Assembly: GCA_002269645.1 (NCBI GenBank)
Contig: NIVC01000209.1
Location: 62,001-126,000 of the forward strand
Direction: 5' to 3'
Length of the DNA: 64,000 nt
Source of the DNA: Macrostomum lignano
Lineage: Eukaryota
Part shown: positions 1 to 12,234 of the stretch, piece after piece
Layout of the letters: every line of letters starts with the position of its first letter
Position numbering within the stretch: the first letter of the stretch is position 1
Notes under the pieces: model-generated
The model's database searches: none
The model's input: the letters and a program-made list of their open reading frames with translations, nothing else
What the model was told of the DNA's origin: nothing
Position numbers and translations under genes: made by a program

Positions 1-121
1 GTTTTTATTACTTTTGATACATATCGACGCTTTGAAAAAAGGTTTCGGATATTTTTAAACCGATATTTACTAATATTTCTACTCTACATGTAAGTAGTGC
101 ATAGCGCTAATCTGCACTTAC

Positions 122-2256
122 CTGGTCAGCAGCTGGGTCACCGTACTCTTGCCCGCCCCAGACCGGCCGCACACGGCCACAACGCAGCCGCTGGGCACCG
201 TCAGGCTGACGCCGTCCAGCACTACGGCGTCCGGCCGGCCGGGATACGCAAATCGGACATTCTCCAACCGGACAAGATCCTGTCCGGCCGATACAGGGGC
301 CGCCAGTTCGGTCAGCAGGCCCGGACGACCACGATCGATTTCTATGCAGGGCCGACTGTCCAGCAGGCGGAATACTCGACCGCCGGCTGTGGCGCCTTTG
401 ATTGCGTGGCCAAACAGGGGCGACAGGTTGGCGGCCGAGCGCATTGCGGTCTGCACGCCCACCAGGTAGGCCGTGAGCTCGCCGGCCGTGAGCTCGCCCC
501 GGCCGATGCAGACGCCGCCGCCGCACAGGACTGTGAGTACTACTCCGTTCACGGCTAGGTTTGATAGGGCCTGGTAGGATTTAATAAAATAAACAGCATT
601 TACCAAGCGAGCTTTGTATAGTTTCGCTACATATCGGATGTACTTAAGTAATTGTAGATATTTCCGATACAAATCGGCCTTCTTAATTAGCTGTCTATCG
701 GAAGTTTTGCATACTTTCGATACATATCGGCATTTTCAATTAGATATCGACATACACTTATGTGGCTGGTTTTGCATACTTTCGATACATATCGGCATTT
801 TCAATTAGCTAGCGACATATACTTATGTGGCTGGTTTTGCATACTTTCGATACATATCGGTATGTTTTTAAATCCATAAAAACTTCACCTGGAACAGTCC
901 AATGCCCAGTGCCAATCGTCTGGCCAGAGCAGCAGCCTCTTCCACCTGTCCCTCGTAGAGTCGCAACTCTTCGGCCTCCATGCCGAACGCTTTGACGCTG
1001 CGCATCTGTGTCAGGGCTTCGTGCGCCACCGCGTTGGCGGCAGCTTGTTGCGCGGCGGCTCGCTTGCTCAGAGCTCGAAGCATAGAGCCGAGGCCCAAGC
1101 CGACGGCAACAACTAGGGGAATGTACAGCAGAAAAAATGCCGACAGTCTGGGCGACATGGCCACCAAATAGCCGAGGCTGCCAACTGTTTGGGTGGCGTT
1201 GCGGAGGCCCTGCGACACGGCCGACTTGAATGCGCTTTTGAAGTCCTGCGATTGAATTGGAATAAACGCAGGTATAGTTGTCTTGGACCGGGAGATGCAC
1301 ATTGAGGAGTAATGGGGAATCCTAAGGATCGTATGTACATTGAGGAGTAATGGGGAATCCTAAGAATCGTTATTACATTGAGGGGTAATGGGGAATCCTA
1401 AGAATCGTATGTACATTGAGGAGTAATGGGGAATCCTAAGAATCGTATGTACATTGAGGAGTAATGGGGAATCCTAAGAATCGTATGTACATTGAGGAGT
1501 AATGGGGAATCCTAAGAATCGTGTGTACATTGAGGAGTAATGGGGAATCCTAAGAATCGTATGTACATTGAGGAGTAATGGGGAATCCTAAGAATCGTAT
1601 GTACATTGAGGAGTAATGGGGAATCCTAAGAATCGTATGTACATTGAGGAGTAATGGGGAATCCTAAGAATCGTATGTACATTGAGGAGTAATGGGGAAT
1701 CCTAAGAATCGTATGTACATTGAGGAGTAATGGGGAATCCTAAGAATCGTATGTACATTGATGAGTAATGGGGAATCCTAAGAATCGTATGTACATTGAA
1801 GGGTAATGGGGAATCCTAAGAATCGTATGTACATTGAGGAGTAATGGGGAATCCTAAGTATTGTATGTACATTGAGGGGTAGTGGGGAATCCAAAGAATC
1901 GTGTGTAGATTAAGGGACAGTGGGGAATCCAAAGAATCGTGTGTACATTGAGGAGTAGTGGGAATTCAAAGAATTGTGTGTACATTGAAGGAGAGAGTAC
2001 ATTATTAGATCGCGCAGCCACTCACTTGAACATCGCCAGACAATCTGCTGAGCAGTTCGGCGGAGCGGTGCCGATCAAAGAAGGCCACGTCCTGAGTCAG
2101 CAGGGTGGCCATCAGCCGGCGTCGGAGTCGGGCGGCCAAATTTTCGCCAACGCAGCCGAGCAGGGAGATGTAGGCGAATGTGACGCCGCTCTGTTCGGGG
2201 GCAAAGGGGAGTTATCTGCTCTAAGCATGAGCTAACGATGGTATGGACAAACAGAA

Positions 2257-2331
<75 letters not shown>

Positions 2332-3173
2332 AAGACAGACAGACCGACAGGCAGAAAGACAGACAGACAGACAGAAAGACAGGCAGACAGACAGAGGAAT
2401 AGACAGACAGGCAGAAAGACAGACAGATGAATAGACAGACAGGCAGACAGACAGACACAGACAGACAAAGACAAAGAAGACGAGCTTGCCAGTTATATGT
2501 TATTTGCCTCAGAGCCGCCATCTCACCTGAGCAGCATACACTCCCAGCAGCCTCAGAGCCGCCATCTCACCTGAGCAGCATACACTCCCAGCAGCCTCAG
2601 AGCCGGGCCCATCACAGTCTTCAACTGGTCCCAATCTGCGCCCTGCAGGCGCATCACCGAGTCCACAACCTGGCTGATCCCGACAGGAATTTGAACGTTC
2701 AGCAGAGCGGCGGCAACGGAAGCGACCACCGCAGCCAGAAGCAAATGAAGATCCGGAAGCAGCAGACTGCCCAGCAGGCGCCAACTGAACTTACCGACAT
2801 CGTCGTCGACAGAACGGGACACCGCAGACGCATCTTCATCGGTGCGCGCCAGTTCTGCAGACGGAGCAGTTTCTGCTCGAACAACTCCGCCGCCTAATGA
2901 GAACAACGATGCCGATGCTGACAGCCAATCAGAGCTTGCCACGTAGCAGCCCAACCCGACGCCACCGCCAACAACAGCAGCGGCCGAGCCTAATGCCAAA
3001 CGAACTCCTCGTCGGCCTATTAAAGCTACTAAAGGTCTACGACGCTTAGCAACGGTTGCTAATAGCAAAGAGGCATAGGAAGAGATTGATCTGCTGCGGA
3101 TTGCAGACGACAAGTTGAAAATTTGACCAGCCGGTGGCCGCCTGGTGGGCAGCTGGCGAATTCGAACCACCAA
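122..3173 (-). CDS. ABCB8: Mitochondrial ABC half-transporter (ABCB8/ABCB10 family); 3' part runs off the window start
   Basis: Exons (minus) 3173-2571, 2190-2026, 1245-889, 570-122, all GT-AG and in phase. Spliced product reads ...[52 protein letters not shown]|[15 protein letters not shown]..., matching recalled ABCB8 TMD motifs; Walker [10 protein letters not shown]. No in-frame ATG before TM1; the ORF starts at acceptor cag|TTG. Confidence 0.9.
610..870. repeat. ~60-bp degenerate tandem repeat in ABCB8 intron
   Basis: Repeated TTTCGATACATATCGGCATTTTCAATTAG...ACTTATGTGGCTGGTTTTGCATAC units. Confidence 0.8.
1297..1990. repeat. 38-bp minisatellite (~18 copies) in ABCB8 intron
   Basis: Unit ACATTGAGGAGTAATGGGGAATCCTAAGAATCGTATGT. 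Confidence 0.95.
2243..2472. repeat. (CAGA)n microsatellite in ABCB8 intron 1
   Basis: Direct reading of acag/caga repeats. Confidence 0.95.
2506..2605. repeat. 44-bp tandem duplication spanning the ABCB8 exon 1 end and 5' splice site
   Basis: GCCTCAGAGCCGCCATCTCACCTGAGCAGCATACACTCCCAGCA x2 plus a partial third copy; gives two CAG|GTGAGA donors on the minus strand (after 2571 and after 2527). Confidence 0.9.
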
Positions 3174-3379
3174 CTGCGAGAGAGCCAGGAGCGTATTAAT
3201 GACAGCAGTTACAGCAACAATAAAGTCCTCCTTAGGAAGCCTTAAATCCCGTGTCTAAGCTAGAATCTTAATAAAAAGTACATCACGTCCCGAAAATCCT
3301 GGCCCAAGATCCTAAGCGGACACTGACACATCTCGGTCCTGAAAATTTGTCAGAAGCCTACAACGAGTCGTTTTAACAA

Positions 3380-3790
3380 GCTCGAAGCTTCACAAGCTCG
3401 ACAAGCTCTCACAAGCTCGAGAAGCTCTCAAAAGCTCTCACAAGCTCTCACAAGCTCTCACAAGCTCGACAAGCTCTAAAAAGCTCTCACAAGCTCGACA
3501 AGCTCTCACAAGCTCTCACAAGCTCTCAAAAGCTCTCACAAGCTCGACAAGCTCTCACAAGCTCTCAAAAGCTCTCACAAGCTCGACAAGCTCTCACAAG
3601 CTCTCACAAGCTCTCAAAAGCTCTCACAAGCTCTCACAAGCTCTCAAAAGCTCTCACAAGTTCGACAAGCTCTCACAAGCTCTCACAAGCTCTCACAAGC
3701 TCTCACAAGCTCGAAGCTTCACAAGCTTCACAAGCTCCCACAAGCTCGAAACTTCACAAACTCCCAAGTTTCACAAACTGGAAGCTTCAC
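3380..3790. repeat. 10-bp minisatellite (AAGCTCTCAC)n
   Basis: Direct reading; variants AAGCTCGAC and AAGCTCTCAA. Confidence 0.9.
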
Positions 3791-4664
3791 ATCGTCGAGC
3801 TTATAAGCTTATATTATTAAAGCAAAAAGCAGGATTTAAGTTTCCAGGTTGTGAAATTGGTCTCCGATGAAACTTGGTCGTCCTTTTACTTGGCGTATCA
3901 ACTAATATGGATGATTTCTCGACTTAACGGGAATCAGAACGGCCAAGAAGGGGTAATAAATTTCTTAGATATGGTTCTGTTACTCAATCTACACTGTTAG
4001 GTGGTAAAGGAAAATCGAAATTAAGAACTTAAGAACAAGAAGATTAACAAGGGATAAGTTTATTTATTCTAATTTATTAACCTGTCAATAAATATTACGC
4101 TCGTAATAACATCAAATGCTTAAACAGTGCATCAAAATAGCAGAAAATTTAGATTATTTTTATACCAACAAAGAATTATAAAGAACCTTTATAAACACAC
4201 AAATCTACAATAACTTGTAGACATGGACACAATGAATAAGTGAATGACACTAGTTTACTAGTGTTTGAAACTAGTAAAGTAGTGTCATTCACGCATGTTT
4301 GAAAAGTCACTTACGCTACATATCGGTTATTTGCTACAACTGGAATAGTTGAGAATTTGTAACCAGCTTAAAGTATGAATAGTGCTTTTTAAGCATCGTC
4401 AGGATTTTAAAATAACCGTGTAAAGTTATTTACGCTACATATCGGTAATGAAAATAGTAGGCAAGATAGTAGTAGAGGGTAGACTAGAGTTTAAAAAGCT
4501 TTCTTAAGAGGTGATACGCGTAAATTGCTTTAATTAGCCGAAATGATCTCTTAGTCTCTTTAATAGTTAACTTGGTACAAAGCTATCTTCGATACATATC
4601 GGCAATCAAGTTAGCATAATCCCTTTAGTGCTTTTCTTTCCCAAGTAGACTGTTTTGTTAGAGT

Positions 4665-5950
4665 CTACTTGCTGCCGGCGCCACCAGACACGATGGCGCC
4701 CAGACGGCCAAGAATAGCGCCGCCCAGTTCGTTAAGGGAGGCCGTCATCGACTGAGCATCAACTTTGGACGAAACGGCGGCGCTAGCGGAGGTGGCGGCA
4801 GACTCGACAGCAGCGGTCAGCTGTTGACGCCTCCGACGGCGTTGATAGTCCTGCGCTAGGCGCTGCGCTCCAGCGTAGAGAGCGGCGCCAAGCAGGAAGG
4901 CCGTTATCAGGGCGGCGCCTTCCTGCATGGCATTTGCAGAGATGCAGATTTAATAAGTAAACTTCAAACAAAATGTTTTCTATACTACTAGTTACAAAAT
5001 TTAGTAGAGTGAAATGGTTTTAAAAAGCCTTAAAAAGCACAAAAAGCACGGATATAAAAAGGGGGTTTGTGCTTATTAGAAACATATTGCTGCTTTCAAT
5101 CATTATCATCACTTTTCAAGGTAGCCTTCTACCCTTGTAGCCTTCACGCTTCACCTGTAGCAACATATACTTCTCCAATTGTGAGACTGTGAGTCAAGAT
5201 GAATCATGATGCGAGGATCACTGGGTCATGTTGTACTGTACAGTGCAGGTCAATCTTCGGTAGGTTATTGTAAGCGTTAAAATATAGCTAGTCTGCAAGA
5301 TTCAATTCAGACTAATGAGAAAAGTAGACAAATAAAGATTTGAATTGTAAAATCTCTCTCATAGCCCCGAAAAATGTCACCATAAAAGAAACGTTTGTCT
5401 GTGCACACTAAAAGTGGTGGGAGAGCACAGGATTAGAGAGCCAATCCCGAACCTGTACTTTAGCGCGAGGTTCGACCTCTACTTTTAGTGTGTCAACACC
5501 CACCTTAGAGGCCAGAGCGACCGCAGCTCGAACGGACAAGCTAGAAATAATCTGCACTGTTCTCAACGCCGCAGAGGTCACCGACTGAGCAGCCCGACGC
5601 AGCCGATGCTCAGGCTCCAGCAGCAGCATCAAAGCCAGCTGCACGCACGAGGCGGCCGCCAGAGCGCCGCCAAGGATTTTGAAAATCTTCAACGAATACT
5701 GAATCCAGCCGTCAATAGACTTGTCCTTTGTAAAGCTACTAGTAGGAACTTGTTTAACTTTTTTGACACTTTCTGCGAGACAAACACTACTAATACCACT
5801 TCTAGTAGTAAGACTAGCACGTACTATGCTACCCTGTGCATGCGCGAAAACAACTGCTGCCCCCGCAGTAGCGCCAGATAATAAAATCAACCGACGACAA
5901 GATGTTGACAGGGTCAGGCTGGTAGCCCGCTGGGCAAGGATGCGCCAAGC
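4665..5950 (-). CDS. Uncharacterised ~250-aa membrane protein with a probable mitochondrial presequence
   Basis: Exons 5950-5453 and 4922-4665 join in phase 0 (KVQ|EGAALITAFLLG) via CAG|gttcgg...atgcag|GAA. N-terminus AWRILAQRATSLTLSTSCRRL is R/S/T/L-rich with no acidic residues; 2-3 hydrophobic segments; starts at ttttcag|GCT with no ATG. Confidence 0.65.
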
Positions 5951-6164
5951 CTGAAAATGTTATTAAGATAAGACTTGAAAACTAAAAGAGATTTATACAT
6001 GTACAATACACAGCTAAATACCTTTTTCTGAAAAATTACACTTTTGAAATCCGAATCGTGGGAGTGGCGTCTTATTCCCGAGAAGGGAAATTTACTGGGG
6101 GGATCCTGGACGACGGGGATTTCTGAATGAGTATTCGTGTGAGTGAATTCTGCTAATTGGATAC

Positions 6165-6610
6165 CCCTCTTAGTGACCACTGCTGATAAGATTCCTCTCT
6201 TAGTGAAGTCTGCTAACGGTATCCCCCTTAGGGACCTCTGCCGATGGGATTCACCCCTTAGTTACCCCTGCTGATGGGATTCTCCTCGGGGTGACTTCTG
6301 CTAATGGAATTCTCCCCTTAGTGACCCCTGCTGATGGGATTCTCCTCGGGGTGACTTCTGCTAATGGGATTCTTCCCTCGGTGACCTCTGCTCTGCTGAT
6401 GGAATTCTCCCCTTAGTGACCTCTGCTGATGGGATTCTCCCATTAGTGACCTCTGCTGAGGGTTTTCCCTTCGTAGTGACCTCTTCTGATGGGATTCTCC
6501 CCTTAGTGACCTCTGCTGAGGGTATTCCCTTCGTAGTGACCTCTTCTGATGGGATTCTCCCCTTAGTGACCTCTGCTGAGGGTATTCCCTTCGTAGTGAC
6601 CTCTGTGCTG
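6165..6610. repeat. ~30-33-bp degenerate minisatellite
   Basis: Units like GTGACCTCTGCTGATGGGATTCTCCCCTTA. Confidence 0.85.
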
Positions 6611-7664
6611 AGAGGGTTCCCTCAGAGCGATTCTTGATAAAGGAAATCCCCGAGAATCTTAATTTCTGCTAAGGGATGCCCAGGAGGGGTTCTTGCTGAG
6701 TATTCCCCAAGCAGTGATGAGTATAAAAATCGGTTCCTTACAGTGATTTCAGCTGAGGAATTTTCAGATTCTCGTAGTTTCTGCTTTGGTAAATCCCCAG
6801 AAGTGATTTCTGCTTAGAATTACCTGGGTTTCATAGAGGCGACTGCTTTCAGGGGGACACAATCATAAAGTACATGTAACCTATAAGGAAGCAAATGCCT
6901 ATTCAGTCCATGCCTTGTTTAAAGAGCACAAATAGATTTTTGACTTACATTTATCACAATCTGATCTAATTCCACTATATTCGGTTGATTTGTCTCAATC
7001 TATCTATTTAGGTAGGTGAAACGTTAAATTAAGGCGCATTTTATACGAGTGCAGCTCGGTAATTGCCAGGTGTTTGTACTTCGCTTTGACTCGTGTATAT
7101 GTATTTTACATGTAGCATACATGTAGCTACGTAATATAATCAATACAATCTCGAAGAGATTCTCTGCAATGTAGTTTTATAAAGTGCTAAACTCTACTAC
7201 TCTAAGTAAGTAGATTAACCAAGTTAGATCAATTTTTTGTTATAAAATGAATAAGAAAGCACTTTGCTGCAACAAAGTTGGCTTAAAAATTGCATTTAAT
7301 GTGTGAAATATTTTTTATAATTCATTGCAAAGAATCTCTGTAATCTTGTAATGAAAGCGCTCTATTTCGATTTACGCGTAGTTTTGAATAAAAAACGGCA
7401 CAATCTAAAAATAATAAATAAACAAGAGGAACATGAAAATAACAATTGCAGATTAAGAATGTTCAATTGACGAAGACAAAGCAACAGCACAAATACAATG
7501 GCTAATAAATTGAATAGGGCCTGTTTGAAGATTACAAGGATTCGAATTCTAAATATATGGATTCCGTACCCAAATACTGTCAAGGTGTTCAATATACTCG
7601 TACAAAAGGAGTTCGAAAAAAGCTTGGGTCTTAAAAAGGTGGAATCGCAACATATCGATTGCAG

Positions 7665-8849
7665 TCAGTCAGTCTCTTTGCTTTCGTTCAGACTTACTTG
7701 CTGCTCGGAACTAATCTCTGCAGGCGATTCAGTTTTCTCTTTAAAAACAGATTTTTCCACTTCTGTAGCGTCCGTACTCAGCTGCTGCTGCTGCTGCTGT
7801 TGCTCTTGCAGCTGCAAAGGCGGCGACTGTACTGCACCCTCTTCGCACTCGCTAACGGGTTTCAACAGCAATTGAGCAGAACTGCTTCGCTGAGGCTTTA
7901 TCATTAGAGAAGCTGGCGGCGGCATGTGCGGAGGCTGTGAAGACGACAATGATGACGACAGTGGCGGCGGCGGGGTCGGTGGGCCTTGCGAAGCGTGAAA
8001 CGACGTTGTTGTCGGAGGCGGCGGCGGTGGCGGCGCCTGACTGAAGTCGATGCCGGCAGGAATTTCTACGCTTTTAGTTGCCTGAGCTCGACGAATCAGA
8101 TTCTGCGAATAGTCGATGGTTTTCGAGCGCAAGAAGGTCTTGGCCGATTCGAGCACAGAGCCAGAGCCGGAATTAGCAGCGGAAGCGGAACCAGCAGCAC
8201 CAGCAGCATCTGGAGCATCGGCAGCTGTTGGAGAGTCTGAAGTGCTCAATCTGTGCACAACATCGGCCGAGCTACGCTTAATAGCGTCAGTGACGCTGGC
8301 AGCCATGCTGCGCCTTCTCCGCTCGTAGTCTAGCTGCTGCTTTGTGAACAGGGCATTTCTAGCCAACTCGCCCATCGACTGAAAGCTGCTCCGACTACGG
8401 CCGATCGAACGCAAAGCCGACAGGACGCAATCGACGTCGGTCACGTGACCAGAAATATCCCGATCGAGGCGAGACACTTCGGCGCGTTGAGCTGTCAGAC
8501 GGGGCACAGTCTTTCGCACGTGCTCCTCAATTCTATAGAGCGCTAGCGACGGCTCGTTTGCTAATATTCTAGCCACTTCGCTCATCCGATCGGCCAGGGC
8601 TCGAGCTCGGGACTCCGTTTCGTTTGACATCTTGCGACTGTTAATATTATTAATGCTGCTAGGACTGCTGCCGATGCTGCCAACGCTAGCGAAGTTAGAC
8701 CGACCGGCGTAGATCAACTGCACGCTGTTTTCCATATAAAAAGCACAATTTTTTGTAGGCCTTTGTCTCGCGCGCTCCTGCCGTGAAAAGTACCGGTTGT
8801 ACGTTTGTTTTTTTAAACTGCGCCTTTCTGTGGCGGTTCGTCTTGTCAT
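7665..8849 (-). CDS. BORCS8: BORC subunit 8 (MEF2BNB) homolog with a long low-complexity C-terminal extension
   Basis: ILANEPSLALYRIEEHVRKTVPRL resembles the recalled BORCS8 motif VLANEPSVALYRLQEHVRRSLPEL. Single exon; start uncertain (ATG at 8849, 8735 or 8630; conserved part starts at 8630). Confidence 0.8.
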   Translation of the reverse strand: MTRRTATERRSLKKQTYNRYFSRQERARQRPTKNCAFYMENSVQLIYAGRSNFASVGSIGSSPSSINNINSRKMSNETESRARALADRMSEVARILANEPSLALYRIEEHVRKTVPRLTAQRAEVSRLDRDISGHVTDVDCVLSALRSIGRSRSSFQSMGELARNALFTKQQLDYERRRRSMAASVTDAIKRSSADVVHRLSTSDSPTAADAPDAAGAAGSASAANSGSGSVLESAKTFLRSKTIDYSQNLIRRAQATKSVEIPAGIDFSQAPPPPPPPTTTSFHASQGPPTPPPPLSSSLSSSQPPHMPPPASLMIKPQRSSSAQLLLKPVSECEEGAVQSPPLQLQEQQQQQQQLSTDATEVEKSVFKEKTESPAEISSEQQVSLNESKETD

Positions 8850-11400
8850 GCGAAAAAATAATATTGGTAGGTTAGACTGATTTGCTATGTTGCAATCCCA
8901 AAACTTGATAAGAGTACTATTAATGTCACGTTTATAAGGCCGCCTCCACCCCTAACATCAAGTTACGAATTCTAGCTTAGCAACAAACTATAAATAGCTA
9001 AATAAAAAAATTAACAAAGGCGGCGGAAAGCTCAACAAGCGAGTCATTTATATATCACTGGGATGTTAGATCTCATTAACTTGAAAGCCTGTCGCGAGTC
9101 GCATCATTCTAGAACTATTTGGTTTGCTTTCAATGTAAATTCCAACTAAACAACTGGAGATAGAGAGAGAGGCAACACAAGCAAAAGAACCATATAAGTA
9201 TTCATCATAATCGAATTTAAAATATAGGGTATTTTAACAAGAAATTATTGGAAACAAAAGAGAAAACTAAGAATTTTGCAAACTAACTCGCGAACGCGTG
9301 GTCGGTTATGTTTTTTTCCAGTTTCAGCAAAAACCATAACACAGTAATGATAGTATTAAACATAAGCAGTAAGAGTAGTAGCGTAATGCTAATCAACCGA
9401 TGAAAATTGAATTATAATAGTTTGTACCTGGCAGGCGCAAATGAACTCGACAGAGGATCGGGAGATTTCTATTTTGGAAGTTTAATCGTATCGATATAAT
9501 TAGTGGATAAAAATATTTTTAACAGGACAGTTTGACATTTATATAGTACGGGGAATTAAGATAACAAACTGCATAGCATACTACTATAGTTGGCACTGCA
9601 ATGCATTTTAAGGTTTGAAATTTATTAGAGAACAGGTGGCAAAGATTCAACTAATTAATGTTTCGTTAATTAGAGGTGCGCAGGTGCGAAGGTGTACAAT
9701 TATTTATTCAAGCGCTTGTTATTCAAGTGTTATTTAAAATGACTGGCTTAGCTTTTTATTGCAGTAGGTACGGATACTTATTAAAGAAATCAGCAAGTTA
9801 AATAAAATGAGCCTCAGCTAATTTACCTACTCTAACCAGCCTGTCTAATCACGAATAGAAAATTAATTAACCAACAAAAAATCGACTGGATTTTTTAGCA
9901 CAAAACATTTTTTTTTCAAATTCACTGAAACAACACAGTCATCGCATTTTTTGTTTTCTATTCATCTCTGCATCGGCAACATCAAAGGCCAACAACAAGG
10001 CATTATAGACCGCCGCACAGGCACACCGTTAAATTTGTCGATAATTATAAAACGCGGCCCGCACCTTAGCCCCAGTTATCTCTTAAGTTTTTTATAATTT
10101 AATTGTGTTGAACAAAATTACGCAAATTAAAAACACGTTATCATTAATGTAATAGGAAGCGGCAGGAAGGCGGTGGGTGGGGGTACTTAAACGATCGCTT
10201 ATCATCAGATAACGCAGACAGACACAGCCGCACAATTGCGACCCTGAAAGGCGCTGCTGCACTCTGAATTATGATAATAACAGCGCGAAAGTAGACTGAT
10301 AACTACTGTAGCTTATAGGCTTTGAACTGGAAAATAGCAGAGGGAGTTGTGGACTGTTAAATTTGTTATTTCTTGCTAACTCGGTACACACAGGAAAAGA
10401 AAGCCAAATAGAACACACGTTTTTTAGGAATTATTTTGTTTATATGTATATAAACTGCTTTCCGAACAAAGAAGTTCGTTTCCTAGAGATGGTAAAAATA
10501 CAACAGTTTAATTGTTTTTAACGCGCATCCGGTGCCAAATACTACTACAAACAGGTCATGTATTTTTATAATTTTAAAACTGTTTACCCGAACAGTTAGG
10601 CGAGCTACTAGATAGACTTCAGATGCTCGGCAAAGATCGAAGCAATTCAAAAAGGAAAGAACGGCAAAACTGCATACGAATATGTTAAATAATTGATTAA
10701 TTGAATTTCAACTTTGCCGGGCTGCTACAGAGTCTGCGCTGAAGCAATCAGTGCAATATTTATTGAGTGAAGGTATTAATAGCAATAGCAGGAGAGAAAA
10801 ATAGAAGTTAACAAAATAAAACGACCTACAACTAAAAAATTATTTTGTTTGTGTTCTCTAAAATAAGTCGCACCTTTTTAAAACAGTCTAAACAAATTAA
10901 TATCGAGCTTATTTAATATTAATAATCCTTATAACTGATTTGGCAGACATTTTATTCGGCGCGATAACTATATTTTTGAACTCCTTAACCAGACGTTAGT
11001 CAATTAAATGTAATAATATTCGACTAGGGAGGGACCTGTGGACATGCGTTACAGTTAATAATTAATAAGTTTTAATTAGATGATTTGAAAGGCCGAAACG
11101 GAACGCGCAAAAAAGCTAGCTTAAACATGAAACGGATTTCCCATGCCACTCTTGTAGGTAGATTATGAGCGCACAAAGATAGTAAACCACAAAATCGACT
11201 GGCCCACAATAGCAGCAATAAATGGAGTCAGTAGCCCCGGGCGCAGACTTGGCGGCTCCCCATCAAACCAAAAAAACAACGCAGACTCTTCATCATTGCA
11301 GACGACAGTCAAGATGGTAACAGTTCTACCGCCTCCCCATCAAAACAAACAGGCGAGAGAGAGAGAGAGGGGGTGAAAGACGACCGACCCTCTCTGCGCT

Positions 11401-12071
11401 TCACGGCTTGCTCTTGTCCTGCATAGCGCGAACGGCAACAACACCTTCTTCCTTCATTGAGGCCAGCACCTGCAATTGGAATTGGCGAGTGGAGCGGAAC
11501 TTAGGGATATTTTTTTATCCTCGATTAACAACCATCATCAAACTCTCACACCTGGTGAATGCTAATCTCCTTGACCTTGAATACGAAATATCATACTTCG
11601 GGAATGCTAATCTCCAATTACCCGGATAATTGCAGAAAGATCACTCACCTGAATGACAAGAGACTCGTCAGCATCGAAGCGCCTGCGAATCTCGCTGCCA
11701 ATATCGCCCTCGGGCAGACGGATGTCCTCCTTCATGTCGCCATTCTCTGACATGAGCTCGAGAAAGCCCTCATCCGAGATATTAACCAGCTGGTACTCAC
11801 GCCTAGCCACATTAGGCACCTGCATGTTGGCGCTGGACGGGCTAATATCTTCGTATTTCTTGTTAGTAAAGATGTCGATAGCGACCAGGTGCACCTTGGC
11901 AGAGCCGTGTTTGCCAGTCTTCGAGGTGCTCATTTCAACAATTTTGCAGGGGCGATCTTTGATTAGAACGTGGCCGCCTTTGCGCAAGTTGGAGCAGATG
12001 GTCGGGACGAACAGCGAAGCGCCGGCATCGGCGGAATGGTACTCATTGTCGTCGTCGAAATTGTTGGCCAT
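11401..12071 (-). CDS. eIF5A: Eukaryotic translation initiation factor 5A
   Basis: Exons 12071-11649 and 11469-11401 (CAG|gtgagt...tgcag|GTG). [26 protein letters not shown] with the hypusine Lys intact; C-terminus [22 protein letters not shown]. Confidence 0.95.
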
Positions 12072-12234
12072 TGCTAATTTTAAAGGCTTAGTAGTTATGT
12101 AAATTTGGGGAATGAGCGGTCACTACGCTGTGCTGAAATGATTTTTGAAAGATATCAATTTTAGATAACAAACTACAGACAGTAAAATCTACTTTGAGTG
12201 CGATGGTAAGTCAAAACATTGAGGGCAGAATCTT

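Noticed and set aside
97-558. Plus-strand ORFs overlapping ABCB8, TOP2, FAH and KHC exons
   Set aside because: Antisense shadows of GC-rich coding sequence.
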